Part shown: piece by piece, positions 38,701-49,903 of the stretch
How positions within the stretch are numbered: position 1 is the first letter of the stretch
How the letters are laid out: each line of letters opens with the position of its first letter
DNA from: an uncultured Spirochaetota bacterium
GTDB lineage: Bacteria; Spirochaetota; Spirochaetia; SZUA-6; Fen-1364
Assembly: GCA_963820525.1 (NCBI GenBank)
Contig: CAWGAA010000002.1
Coordinates: forward strand, 128,001-192,000
DNA length: 64,000 bases
Direction of reading: 5' to 3'
Made by a program: the position numbers and the translations under genes
The notes under the pieces: generated by a model
The model's input: only the letters and a program-made list of their open reading frames with translations
Told to the model about the DNA's origin: nothing
The model's database searches: none

Positions 38701-39015
38701 CGAGGAGCCGAGGGCTTCGTGAAGGATCGCCGACTCCTCCCTATTGACGGGCTCGGATTCTAACGGTAGTGGCGGCCTGATTGAATCCCCCTGGCGGGGG
38801 CCCATAGGACTTCACCCTCATGGGGCCGAGCTCTCTGAAAGCCTCCGCACGAACCCCTCACGCAATTAGCCTGTACTGGAGCAACGAAACAGGGCGGGGC
38901 AGGTGGGATCGTAAGGCCGCGGCTTGACACTCATCGTGGAGAAAATGCATGCTCGTGGGTAAGTTGTTGGCGATTCGAATTTGAGCAAAACGTGGGCGTG
39001 CGCGAGCAGTTGCTG

Positions 39016-39537
39016 ATGGCCGATAAGGGATACGTTCAGGTTTACACCGGTGACGGCAAGGGCAAGACAACGGCGGCGCTGGGCCTTGCCCTGCGCGCGT
39101 CGGGCGCAGGGCTGAAAGTCTTCATCGCGCAGTTCCTCAAGGACAAAAGATCGAGCGAGCTCGTCTCGCTCTCCCGGCTTTCGGATCTCATCCACGTCGA
39201 ATGCTACGGAAGCGGAGCTTTCATCCGCGGAGAGCCGTCGCCGAGGGATATCTCCCTCGCGCGAAAGGGCCTCGGCGAAGCCCGCGCAGCCGCCGCCTCG
39301 GGATCGTGGGACCTCGTGATCCTCGACGAGGCGAACCCCGCCGCCCGCCTCGGCCTCATCTCGGTAGACGAGCTGCTGGAGCTAATCGAGCATTCAGCGG
39401 GGAGATGCGAGATCGTCATCACGGGGCGCGGCGCGGACCCCCGGATCGTGGAGCGCGCGGACCTGGTCACGGAGATGCGGGAGGTCAAGCATTACTTCGC
39501 GCGAGGCGTTCGCGCGCGAAAAGGAATCGAGACATGA
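39016..39537 (+). CDS. cobO: Cob(I)alamin/cob(I)yrinic acid a,c-diamide adenosyltransferase (CobO/BtuR)
   Basis: YTGDGKGKTTAALG, QFLK, ILDE, TGR, ADLVTEM...KH...ARKGIE. Confidence 0.93.
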   Translation: MADKGYVQVYTGDGKGKTTAALGLALRASGAGLKVFIAQFLKDKRSSELVSLSRLSDLIHVECYGSGAFIRGEPSPRDISLARKGLGEARAAAASGSWDLVILDEANPAARLGLISVDELLELIEHSAGRCEIVITGRGADPRIVERADLVTEMREVKHYFARGVRARKGIET

Positions 39538-39571
39538 GACAAGGAGAGAGGGGGTTCCCGTAGGAATCAGG

Positions 39572-40084
39572 ATGTTGTCTCTGTGCGTTTTCATCGCCGC
39601 CGGAGGGCTCGCCCTGACGTCTTCTCTTTTCGGGGAAGGACACTCGCCCCTGGTCGACCCGGGCGAGCGGGTGGTGTTCTCCTTCCAGATGGCCGGGAGC
39701 GACAAGGTGGCGACAATCGCCATGAGCGAAAAGGAGCCGGGCTATATCGTGTACCGCTATGGAGTGCGGGAGAAAATCGAGCTCAAGTATCCCCGGCAGA
39801 AGAGCGGATCCTGGAAGCTGTTCAGCTATTCCTACTACCTGCGCGGGGGAGGGGCGGCGAATGCCGGGCTGGACCTCAACGCGCTCTCCTTCACCAATAG
39901 CGGATTCACCTACACCGTGTACTGGGACTATTCGGCGGAGGACGATTCCACCACCGTGGGAATCAGGGTGAAGAATCTGAAAACGGGCAAAGAGGTTGAC
40001 CTTCCGGGGGTGCTGTCCAGCGTCATTGGAAGCCTTGTAGACCTTCGGGAAGAGCCGCGACTGGAAGCGAAGCCCCAAGAGTAG
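39572..40084 (+). CDS. Hypothetical exported protein
   Basis: Signal-like N-terminus; YIVYRYG...Y.RGGGAANAGLDLN. Confidence 0.7.
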   Translation: MLSLCVFIAAGGLALTSSLFGEGHSPLVDPGERVVFSFQMAGSDKVATIAMSEKEPGYIVYRYGVREKIELKYPRQKSGSWKLFSYSYYLRGGGAANAGLDLNALSFTNSGFTYTVYWDYSAEDDSTTVGIRVKNLKTGKEVDLPGVLSSVIGSLVDLREEPRLEAKPQE

Positions 40085-40221
40085 TCCGTCTACGGCCTTC
40101 GCGCGCTTGTCTGCCGCAATCGATCGGGGGACGCGAGGCCAGGCAGCGGGGCGCTCATAGCGAGTCCGCCATTGACCGCGCCTCTCTCCATCAGATATCC
40201 TTCAGTGAGCAGGAGGCGCCC

Positions 40222-40800
40222 ATGCCAAAATCTCTGAAGGGAACAAGGACGGAAGCAAATCTCTTGAAGGCCTTTGCCGGGGAATCCCAGGCGAGGAACC
40301 GCTACACGTTCTTCGCCAGCGCGGCCCGAAAGGAAGGCTTCCAGCAGATCGCCAATTTCTTCATGGAAACGGCGGACAACGAGAAAGAGCATGCCAAGGT
40401 CTTCTTTGCCCACCTGGAGGGGGGAGACCTCGAGATCACCGCCTCGTACCCGGCGGGTGCGATCGAGGATACGGCGGCCAACCTCCGCGCCGCCGCGGAT
40501 GGCGAGAAGATGGAGTGGAGCTCGGTCTACCCCGATTTCGGCAAGGTTGCGCGCGAGGAAGGCTTTCCCGAGGTTGCCCGCTCGTTCGATCAGATCGCGA
40601 AGGTCGAGGCTTTCCACGAGACCCGCTACCGCAAGCTCGCCGAAAACCTCGCGAACAAGGAAGTCTTCAGGAAGAAGACACGGGTGAAGTGGCACTGCAT
40701 CAACTGCGGCTACGTCTTCGAAGGCGAAGAGCCGCCAAAGGAATGCCCTGCCTGCAGGCATCCCCAATCCTTCTACGAGGTGCTTGCTGAAAACTGGTGA
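40222..40800 (+). CDS. rbr: Rubrerythrin
   Basis: AFAGESQARNRY, EKEHA, EAFHE and a C-terminal CINCG...CPAC. Confidence 0.96.
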   Translation: MPKSLKGTRTEANLLKAFAGESQARNRYTFFASAARKEGFQQIANFFMETADNEKEHAKVFFAHLEGGDLEITASYPAGAIEDTAANLRAAADGEKMEWSSVYPDFGKVAREEGFPEVARSFDQIAKVEAFHETRYRKLAENLANKEVFRKKTRVKWHCINCGYVFEGEEPPKECPACRHPQSFYEVLAENW

Positions 40801-40862
40801 GAAAGGGCGAGCGCTCGCGAGAGGCGCACTGCTTGCCGATCTCCTGGAACGGGCCGGGCGCC

Positions 40863-42320
40863 TCAGGGTGCGCCGCGGGTCGATCCGGGGCGCCGCCCCT
40901 CGCGAGCCTCCGGCGCCTTCTCGCCCGCGGTCAGCAAGAGAACTGTCTGTTTGAACTTCCGTCCGCGGTCGAACTCGTTCTGAAACATGCCGAAGGACGT
41001 GCAGCCGGGGGAGAAGAGGATTGAAACCCCCTCGCGGGCGCGGGATAAGGCCGCCGACACGGCCGGTGAAAGCTCGGTGAACGGCCCTTCGTAGTGAATA
41101 CTCCGGGAGTCCAGGACACGCCGGAGCTTTTCAGTTCCCGTGCCGGCCAGGAGGATGATGGCCTCGGGCTTTTCAGCAACCTCAGAAAGCGGAGAAAAGT
41201 CGATGTTCTTGTCCGTGCCGCCCGTTATCAGCACCACGGGAGGCTCCAGGGCCTTGAGCGCCTGGACCGTGGCGTGGGGAATCGTCGCGGCGGAATCGTT
41301 GTAGATCCGGGCTCCCTTCCATGTGTGAAACATCTCAAGGCGGTGCTCGACGCCGGGGAACTCGGCGAGCGCCCTGCGGATAACTTCAGCCTTCACGCCG
41401 TAGAGGCTCAAGACCACGGCCGCGCAGAGGAGGTTCGATCGGTTGTGAGCCCCCGGGATTCGTGACTCCGCCAGTACTGTCTTGACGGGTCCTGTCTCGC
41501 TCAGCCGCACCACGCCTGTTTCCCCGGAAAGCCATCCGCCCAAAACGCCGTCGGGAAGAGCGTTCTCTGAATGGAAGAAACTGCGCGCATCCGTCTGCCT
41601 GGGAAAATCCTTCTGCCACGGATCGTCGAGATTGAATACGGCGAATGACCTGCGGCCCTGCTCCTGGAAGATCGCCTTTTTGTCCTCCACGTACTCGTTC
41701 ATGCCGGGATACTTGTCCAGGTGATCGGGGAGGATGACGGTGAACGCCGAAATCAAGGGCTTGATGAGGCCGCGGCCCTTCAGGTCCCCCAGCTGCCAGG
41801 AGGAGAGCTCCAGCACCACGGGAGACCGGGGATCGAGATCGTCGAGAAACGAAAGCGGGGAGACGGTGATGTTCCCGCCCAAACGGGCATTCGGGTCGAT
41901 AAGCTTCAGGGCGAAATGGATCGCGGATGCCGTGGTCGATTTTCCCTTGGAGCCGGTCACGGCAAGGATGGGGTTGGAGGCGAGGGAGAGGAAAACGGAA
42001 AGGTCCGTCTCCACGCTCACCCCCCGCGATCGGGCGGCCTGGAGGTAGGGCGAAGCCGTGGGCACGGCGGGGTTCTTGATGACCATGTCCGTCTCGATGA
42101 AATCCCGCTCTTCATGTTTTTCCAGGACGTAGCGGATGGGAAGCCCGGCCAGTGCTTCGATGGAGCTCGCCAGAGCCTCGCGCGTGCGCAGGTCTGTAAC
42201 CGTCACCGCGGCGCCGCGCCGCGCGAAATAGAGGGCGGATGCGAGGCCTCCCCCGTTTATTCCCAGGCCCATGACGGTGACCCTCATGCCCGGTATTCCG
42301 GAGGCGTCAATCTTGGACAC
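40863..42320 (-). CDS. murD: UDP-N-acetylmuramoyl-L-alanine--D-glutamate ligase
   Basis: VTGSKGKSTT, GGNI, LELSSWQL, DHLD, HRLE, NDSAAT, GGTDK, FSPGCTSF. Confidence 0.93.
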   Translation of the reverse strand: MSKIDASGIPGMRVTVMGLGINGGGLASALYFARRGAAVTVTDLRTREALASSIEALAGLPIRYVLEKHEERDFIETDMVIKNPAVPTASPYLQAARSRGVSVETDLSVFLSLASNPILAVTGSKGKSTTASAIHFALKLIDPNARLGGNITVSPLSFLDDLDPRSPVVLELSSWQLGDLKGRGLIKPLISAFTVILPDHLDKYPGMNEYVEDKKAIFQEQGRRSFAVFNLDDPWQKDFPRQTDARSFFHSENALPDGVLGGWLSGETGVVRLSETGPVKTVLAESRIPGAHNRSNLLCAAVVLSLYGVKAEVIRRALAEFPGVEHRLEMFHTWKGARIYNDSAATIPHATVQALKALEPPVVLITGGTDKNIDFSPLSEVAEKPEAIILLAGTGTEKLRRVLDSRSIHYEGPFTELSPAVSAALSRAREGVSILFSPGCTSFGMFQNEFDRGRKFKQTVLLLTAGEKAPEAREGRRPGSTRGAP

Positions 42321-43251
42321 TGAACTCCCTTTGTTCGGCCTCGTTGAGGTAGGCCTCCACCCGAAGCCTCTCCCACGGAGCGTACCAGGCCTCGGGGACT
42401 TTCGCCTTCAAATCGAGAAAGAACTTCATCTCCTCGGAGAAGCTGGTATTCTTCATCACCGCCTGGACCGTGTCGATGGTGGGAAGGAGAAACCGAACCG
42501 CGCGGTGGAGCTGGGGGATGACCCCCTTGCGCTCCTCGGGCCCCAGGTCGATGACGGACTGGCAGACGGTTTTGTACTTGCAGAGGTAGGGATAGAAGGG
42601 ATAGGTCTTCTTTCCCTTGGGGAGGAAGAGCTTGCTGAAGAACTTGGTGAGGTCCATGTCGATCCAGATTCCCTGAACGAAATACCCGCGGCCCTGCTCT
42701 CCGATCCAGGTCTGGGAGATCGTCTGCTTGATCCGGAAGGACTTCACTTTCCCCTCCACGCGGATAACCTCGTCGAGCGGGATCACCACCGCCTCCAGGA
42801 AGAGCTTCCGCGAGCGGTAGAGGGAGGTCATGTCGTTGGTGCCGCGCTCGATGACCACGCCCTCGGACGGCTTCAGCATGAGGTCCAGCCTGAGCAGGTA
42901 GAGGTAGAAGCATTCTTCCAGGCGGTAGATCTTGAAGAAGCTGGGCCTGAGGATCTCCGCCGGGTCGAAGAAGTAGGCGAGGTCATTCAATGCCTGCGGA
43001 GCGAGCCTGACCACCTGCGCGATCACGTTGATGAGGTTCCCCAGGTAGACCTTGTCCGGCTGCGCCACGCGCACGTCGTGGTGGATGGGGAAATGGGGCA
43101 CCACCAGATCGCCCTGCAGCTTGAGGAAGAACTCCTCGTCCTGGCTGAAGTGCCGTGTGATCGGGTTCGAGGCGTCCCCGATCGATTCGAGGAGCGCATT
43201 GATCTCCCGATCAGAGTATCCGAGACGTATCTCGTTGGCGATTTGCTCCAC
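42307..43251 (-). CDS. Conserved hypothetical protein; start uncertain
   Basis: Long ORF with coding-like composition, overlapping the murD start. Confidence 0.7.
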   Translation of the reverse strand: MEQIANEIRLGYSDREINALLESIGDASNPITRHFSQDEEFFLKLQGDLVVPHFPIHHDVRVAQPDKVYLGNLINVIAQVVRLAPQALNDLAYFFDPAEILRPSFFKIYRLEECFYLYLLRLDLMLKPSEGVVIERGTNDMTSLYRSRKLFLEAVVIPLDEVIRVEGKVKSFRIKQTISQTWIGEQGRGYFVQGIWIDMDLTKFFSKLFLPKGKKTYPFYPYLCKYKTVCQSVIDLGPEERKGVIPQLHRAVRFLLPTIDTVQAVMKNTSFSEEMKFFLDLKAKVPEAWYAPWERLRVEAYLNEAEQREFSVQD

Positions 43252-43425
43252 CGTGGGGTATTTAAGCCGAAATAGGCCGTTCGCGCAACCTGAGTTCAGC
43301 GGCCGGCTGGAGGCGAGATGGCACGGCCAGCGGGGCCTGGGCAGTGAGGGCCGGCCCGGTTCGCTCGAAAAGCCGCCGCAGGGCTTCTCCACGGGCGGAC
43401 CAAGGCCGGCGGGCGCAAGCCGGCC

Positions 43426-45387
43426 CTAGCCTCCCAGCTGCTTGGGGCTCACCACCGGCCCGAACTTCTCCTTCAGGGCCAAAAGCCCCTTCTTCTGCTC
43501 CTCGTAGACTTCCAGGATCCGCGGCGGAAGCTTTTTCTCCTTCTTATAGGCGTCTTCCTGGAGCTGGATGCGGGAGACGATGTTGTCGATGTAGAAGGAG
43601 AACTGCCTGTCATAGAGCTCCCGCGGATATTCCTTGTTCACGAGGCCCGTGAACAGGGCCGCCAGATCCTCGTATCTCGGGATGAAGCCGATGGGGGCGT
43701 CGATGGCCGATACCTCGCCATGCGCCATGCGCTCCAGCCAGGAAAGCCAGACCTTCACGTCTCGCTTCTCTCCCAGGAGCTTCGTCGTGTCCCCGCCGCG
43801 TGCGCAGTCCATGAGGAAGTAGTTGAGGCCCGCCATAAGGGGCCTGCCGCCGGCGGAGAACTTCTTCGAGTTGAAGAACTGGAACTGGGCCTCCATGTAA
43901 TCCCCCAGAGGGCAGGGGATGAAAGGGGAGTTGGCCCACGGCTGCCGGTTCACTCCCTTGGCGCCCACTTCCGTGGCGGTAGCGGCGGAGAGGATTGAAG
44001 CGCCGATGACGACTCCATGGTCGGGATTCTTTGCCACCCAGACCGGGGGCATGGTGTCGCTGTCGCGGCCGCTGTAGGTGATCACCTTGATGGGCACTCC
44101 CGCCGGATCATTGCCGTACTTCCCGTTGTGGTTGCCGATCGCCTCATTGGAAAGGGTGATCCGCGCGTTGGGATTGGAGATGGGCACCGGCTTTCCGTTT
44201 GCGTCGGTCTTGCCCGGCCACCACTCCCCCTGGAAGTTCCTGCCCTTCTGCGGCACGGGCTCGCCGCTGCCTTTCCAATGTGGCACCCTGTTCTCGTCCA
44301 CCAGGACGTTCGACCAGATGACCTCGGTGCACTCCCGGCGCAGGCACTTGTAGAGGAAGGGGTCCCCCTCCTTGTTCAGGTCTTCCACGATTCCGAATAT
44401 GCCGATCTCGGGGTTCACGGCGCGAAGGGTGCCGTCCCGGCCTATCCACATCTGCGCCAGGTCGTCGCCGATATAATCAGAGCCCACCATTGCGGTGGTG
44501 GTCTTGCCGCATCCCGAAGGGGCGGCTCCTGCGAAGAAGGTCTTCCTGCCGCCGGGTCCCGTCATGCCGGTGATGAACATGTGCTCGGAGAGCTCCTTCT
44601 CCCGGCGGTAATACGTGCAGAGGTCCACGGCGAAGCGGTGGTTTCCCTTCTTGAGCATCAGGGTGTTTCCCGCATAGGTGCAGTACATGCTGAAGGTGGT
44701 GAACCAGCTCCTGTCCATGAAGATCCGCGCCTTCGAGATGTCCTCTGACCGGTTGGTACCCTGGCTGTGCACGTTCGTGAAGAACACCCCGGCGCGCTTC
44801 GCCTCGGCGTCGAACTTCTCGTAGACGTCTCGGTAGAGGATGTTGGCGCTGTGAAGCACGTAGGCGGAGCTGGAGATCATCAGGCCGGGGATGGCGGCCT
44901 GGGCTCCGATGGGCCCGCGGTTGTAGAAGCCGACAAGCATCGTCTTTCCCCGCATGATCCCGCCCATCGTCTCCTTGATGTAGGCCATGGCCTCGGCGCG
45001 GATCATCTTCTTGGCCAGGACGCTCACCTCTTCATCTTCGTTGGCGATGTAGAAGGTCTGGTCCACCATGCGGCCCTGGTCCTCGGGCAGGTCGAAATGG
45101 ATGGTGTGGTCCTTCATGGCGAGGGGGGATTCTTCCCCGTTCGCCAGGCTCATCCGGCGGCAGGCGGCGATGTCCTCCGGCGAGCCGCTCACCACGAACA
45201 CGCGCTCCGGGCGGCACATGGCGATCGCATTGGCGATCTTCAACAGCGCCTCCGGGTTCTTGATCCGTTCGAGCTTCTTTCGGTTCTCGGCATCGAGTGC
45301 AGTTTCGAAGACCTTCCTGGCGTCGGATGCGGTTTTGACGCCTCCTGCCTCGCACAGGATGTCGACACCCTTCTTCAGCTCCAGCAT
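43426..45387 (-). CDS. pckG: Phosphoenolpyruvate carboxykinase (GTP)
   Basis: YAGNTLMLKK, EHM, APSGCGKT, IGDD, NPEIGIFG, NPNAR. Confidence 0.92.
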   Translation of the reverse strand: MLELKKGVDILCEAGGVKTASDARKVFETALDAENRKKLERIKNPEALLKIANAIAMCRPERVFVVSGSPEDIAACRRMSLANGEESPLAMKDHTIHFDLPEDQGRMVDQTFYIANEDEEVSVLAKKMIRAEAMAYIKETMGGIMRGKTMLVGFYNRGPIGAQAAIPGLMISSSAYVLHSANILYRDVYEKFDAEAKRAGVFFTNVHSQGTNRSEDISKARIFMDRSWFTTFSMYCTYAGNTLMLKKGNHRFAVDLCTYYRREKELSEHMFITGMTGPGGRKTFFAGAAPSGCGKTTTAMVGSDYIGDDLAQMWIGRDGTLRAVNPEIGIFGIVEDLNKEGDPFLYKCLRRECTEVIWSNVLVDENRVPHWKGSGEPVPQKGRNFQGEWWPGKTDANGKPVPISNPNARITLSNEAIGNHNGKYGNDPAGVPIKVITYSGRDSDTMPPVWVAKNPDHGVVIGASILSAATATEVGAKGVNRQPWANSPFIPCPLGDYMEAQFQFFNSKKFSAGGRPLMAGLNYFLMDCARGGDTTKLLGEKRDVKVWLSWLERMAHGEVSAIDAPIGFIPRYEDLAALFTGLVNKEYPRELYDRQFSFYIDNIVSRIQLQEDAYKKEKKLPPRILEVYEEQKKGLLALKEKFGPVVSPKQLGG

Positions 45388-45485
45388 AAGCCTCCCTTTG
45401 AGCAGACCGAATCATCAGAGCCGGCCTCTGCATATTTATGCGTTTCGGTTATAAATACCCGAAAGGGAGGAATCTGTCAATCGCT

Positions 45486-45827
45486 CTAGCCGATCGCCGC
45501 CTTCCCCGTTTCTCCGCTTCTGATGCGGATGCATTGCGCGAGGTCCACGACGAAGATCTTGCCGTCTCCGATGGCTCCTGTCCGGGCTCCCTTGATTATG
45601 CCATCTATCGCGGGTTGGACAAAGGCGTCATTCACCGCGATTTCCAGGCGCACCTTTCTCAGCAGTGCGCCGGCTTCCTTCACCCCGCGGTAGACCTCGG
45701 TGATTCCCTTCTGGCGGCCGCAGCCCAGGACGTTGGACACCGTCTTGAGGTAGATCTGGCGGAGATCGAGCTCCCGCCGGACGTCATTGAGTGCGTGCGG
45801 CTGGATGACGGCAATGATCAACTTCAT
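45486..45827 (-). CDS. P-II nitrogen regulatory protein (copy 2)
   Basis: [27 protein letters not shown]. Confidence 0.93.
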   Translation of the reverse strand: MKLIIAVIQPHALNDVRRELDLRQIYLKTVSNVLGCGRQKGITEVYRGVKEAGALLRKVRLEIAVNDAFVQPAIDGIIKGARTGAIGDGKIFVVDLAQCIRIRSGETGKAAIG

Positions 45828-45930
45828 ATACTTTCCCGTAAGATGATGATGAGGCAGCGGCGGATGATGGGTCTATGATCGCCGGGGAATCGTCCCCGGG
45901 CGGCCACCACCGCCGGCCTCACATCTTCAG

Positions 45931-46272
45931 CTATCCGATGGCCACTTTTCCCGTCTCTCCGCTCCTGATGCGGATGCACTCCGCCAGGTCCACGACGAAG
46001 ATCTTGCCATCCCCGATGCTGCCGCTGCGGGCGGCCTTGACGATTGCATCGATTGTCGGCTTGACGAACTCCTCATTGACCGCGATTTCGAGGCGTATCT
46101 TCTTCAGAAGGTTTCCGGCCTCCTTCACCCCGCGGTAGACCTCGGTGACGCCCTTCTGGCGGCCGCAGCCCAGGACGTTGGACACCGTTTTGAGGTAGAT
46201 CTTCTTCTCGTCGAGCTCCTTGAGCACGTCGTCGAGCTTGTGCGGCTGGATGATTGCGATGATGAGTTTCAC
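45931..46272 (-). CDS. glnK: P-II nitrogen regulatory protein, GlnK-like (copy 1)
   Basis: GCGRQKG and [11 protein letters not shown]; immediately downstream of amtB. Confidence 0.9.
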   Translation of the reverse strand: MKLIIAIIQPHKLDDVLKELDEKKIYLKTVSNVLGCGRQKGVTEVYRGVKEAGNLLKKIRLEIAVNEEFVKPTIDAIVKAARSGSIGDGKIFVVDLAECIRIRSGETGKVAIG

Positions 46273-46286
46273 TCCCCTGTCTCCTT

Positions 46287-47528
46287 TCAGTCGATGAGCG
46301 TGTAGGCGCTCTCTTTGTGCTGAGTGTTGTCGAGCCCGATCGCTTCATCCACGTCGCGGACGCGAAGGCCCATGAGCTTGTCCAGGACCTTGACCAGGAT
46401 GAAGGTCACGACGACCGCGTAGCCGATCGTGGCCGCGACGGCGATAGCTTGAATCCCCAGCTGGGCGGCGTTCCCGTAGAACAGCCCGTCGGCCCCCGCG
46501 GGGTTGATGAGCTTTGTGGCGAAAAGGCCTGTGGCGAGGGCACCGACGGTGCCTCCCACGCCATGCACGCCGAACGCGTCCAGGGAGTCGTCATAGCCCA
46601 GCCTCTGCTTGATTATGGCAACCGCTGTGTAGCAGACCGCCGCCACGAGCACGCCGATCGCGATTGCCGCCAGAGGCGTGACAAAACCGGCCGCCGGGGT
46701 GATGGCCACGAGGCCGGCCACGGCCCCTGTCGCCCCTCCCAGAACCGTGGGCTTCTTGTTTACCAGCCATTCAATCGCGATCCATCCGAGAGCGGCCGCC
46801 GCCGCGGCGGTATTGGTGTTGATGAACGCGCTCACGGCAAGCCCGTTGGCGGCCAGCGCGCTTCCCGAATTGAAGCCGAACCAGCCGAACCAGAGCATCG
46901 CGGCCCCGATCAGGGTGTAGGTCATGTTGTGGGGAGGAGGCGACTGAGTCGGATATCCGATGCGCTTGCCGATTGCCAGGGCGAAGACCAGCGCGGATAC
47001 GCCGGATGAGATGTGCACCACGGTGCCGCCGGCAAAGTCGAGAGCGCCCAGGTTGCGAAGCCATCCGCCCGCTCCCCAGACCCAATGAGCAATCGGATCG
47101 TAGACCAGGGTAGCCCACAGGAGAGCGAACACGACAAAGGTCGGGAACCTCACCCTCTCGGCAAAAGCCCCCGTGATGAGGGCCGGGGTGATGACGGCGA
47201 ACATCATCTGAAAGATCATGAAGAGCTGGTGGGGGATCGTCGCTGCGTAGTCCGGGTTGGGCGTCAGTGCGACGTCCTTGAGGCCGAGCCAGGCCAGGTT
47301 GCCGATGACGTGACCGGCGTCGGGACCGAATGCGAGGCTGTAGCCCCAGAGAATCCATTGGATGCTGATCACGCACAGGAGGAAGAACGACTGCATCATT
47401 GTTGACAGCACGTTTTTCCTCCTCACGAGGCCGCCGTAGAACAGCGCCAGCCCCGGTGCGGTCATGAACATGACAAGGGCCGTCGAAATGAGGACCCAGG
47501 CCGTGTCGCCGAAGTTGATCGCCTGCAT
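46287..47528 (-). CDS. amtB: Ammonium transporter
   Basis: [37 protein letters not shown]. Confidence 0.97.
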   Translation of the reverse strand: MQAINFGDTAWVLISTALVMFMTAPGLALFYGGLVRRKNVLSTMMQSFFLLCVISIQWILWGYSLAFGPDAGHVIGNLAWLGLKDVALTPNPDYAATIPHQLFMIFQMMFAVITPALITGAFAERVRFPTFVVFALLWATLVYDPIAHWVWGAGGWLRNLGALDFAGGTVVHISSGVSALVFALAIGKRIGYPTQSPPPHNMTYTLIGAAMLWFGWFGFNSGSALAANGLAVSAFINTNTAAAAAALGWIAIEWLVNKKPTVLGGATGAVAGLVAITPAAGFVTPLAAIAIGVLVAAVCYTAVAIIKQRLGYDDSLDAFGVHGVGGTVGALATGLFATKLINPAGADGLFYGNAAQLGIQAIAVAATIGYAVVVTFILVKVLDKLMGLRVRDVDEAIGLDNTQHKESAYTLID

Positions 47529-47607
47529 CTCTTTATCCTCCGTGAGTGCAAGATTTCAATTGACTCAAAGAGTGCATAAGCACTTTTGGCCACTGATGAA
47601 AATCATA

Positions 47608-47624
47608 AGCAATTTATGTGCCAA
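47608..47624 (-). promoter_or_regulatory. sigma54 (-24/-12) promoter for amtB-glnK
   Basis: The - strand reads TTGGCACATAAATTGCT (GG-N10-GC), about 80 nt upstream of amtB. Confidence 0.9.
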
Positions 47625-47730
47625 GAATTCAAGACGCGGCTTTTGTTGCGTAACTCCGATGCTATATAGACTTATGCATATGCGGCTTTGAGTTTGTTGA
47701 TTCTTCGGACTTCAATCGACGGGCCAGACC

Positions 47731-47744
47731 ATACAGGAATGTCG
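47731..47744. promoter_or_regulatory. Candidate upstream activator site
   Basis: ATACA-GGAA-TGTCG, about 110 nt upstream of the -24 element; same ACA-N4-TGT core as the palindrome at 49713. Confidence 0.55.
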
Positions 47745-47779
47745 GAATCGGGAAAGAGGGGAGCGCCGGTGAGCTCGGC

Positions 47780-47977
47780 TCAGGCGCGGAAGCTGCGGGC
47801 GTCGATGCCGTACTTTCTCACGCGCAGGCCCATGATCCGCTCCGTTATGCCCAGAGCGGCGGCCGCGGCCGCCATGTTGCCGCGCGATGTCGAAAGCGCA
47901 TCCGTGATCATCTCCCGCTCGACCTTTTCCAGGGCTTCCTTCAAGCTCCTGCGCGGGAATCTTTCGTTCGCCCGCAT
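47780..47977 (-). CDS. Stand-alone Fis-type HTH protein (65 aa), paralog of the adjacent activator's C-terminal domain
   Basis: GGAGGTG RBS before ATG; 45/58 identical to the last 58 aa of ORF 48096-49664 by my alignment. Confidence 0.8.
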   Translation of the reverse strand: MRANERFPRRSLKEALEKVEREMITDALSTSRGNMAAAAAALGITERIMGLRVRKYGIDARSFRA

Positions 47978-48095
47978 TCTTCTCACCTCCGCGAGGACTG
48001 TGTGTCGCGAAGCAGCGGCGCTCCACACCGGGAGCGCCTCCACCCCATTCAATGCATGCAATCAACGTGCCAGGAGGTGAAAAAGCGCGAAAGCT

Positions 48096-49664
<1,569 letters not shown>

Positions 49665-49712
49665 GAACTCCTGCCTCGCTTTCCTACAAAACCGTAACAA
49701 TTAGAATTAAAA

Positions 49713-49728
49713 GCTACATAAATGTAGC
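49713..49728. promoter_or_regulatory. Palindrome upstream of the activator gene (candidate autoregulatory site)
   Basis: GCTACA-TAAA-TGTAGC. Confidence 0.6.
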
Positions 49729-49903
49729 CGATCCATGACTGGCGGTCAAGGGGGCGCCCTCGGCTCTGCGTCCGTTCGCGCGAAGGCTCGCGGGAGGCGG
49801 CAGTCACGCTTCTCTCCGGGGCGCAAAAGCGCATGGGCGGCGAGCTCGTTCGTCCGGCCGGCAGGCTTGACATCGGCTCCATCTCCCTCGTATAAGTGCC
49901 GGT

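Noticed and set aside
38701..39015. Cobalamin riboswitch before cobO, or tmRNA/6S/RNase P RNA
   Set aside because: No GGGAA..GGTG..AATCC / GCCACTG / AGxCxGGAGACC arrangement and no tRNA-like ends.
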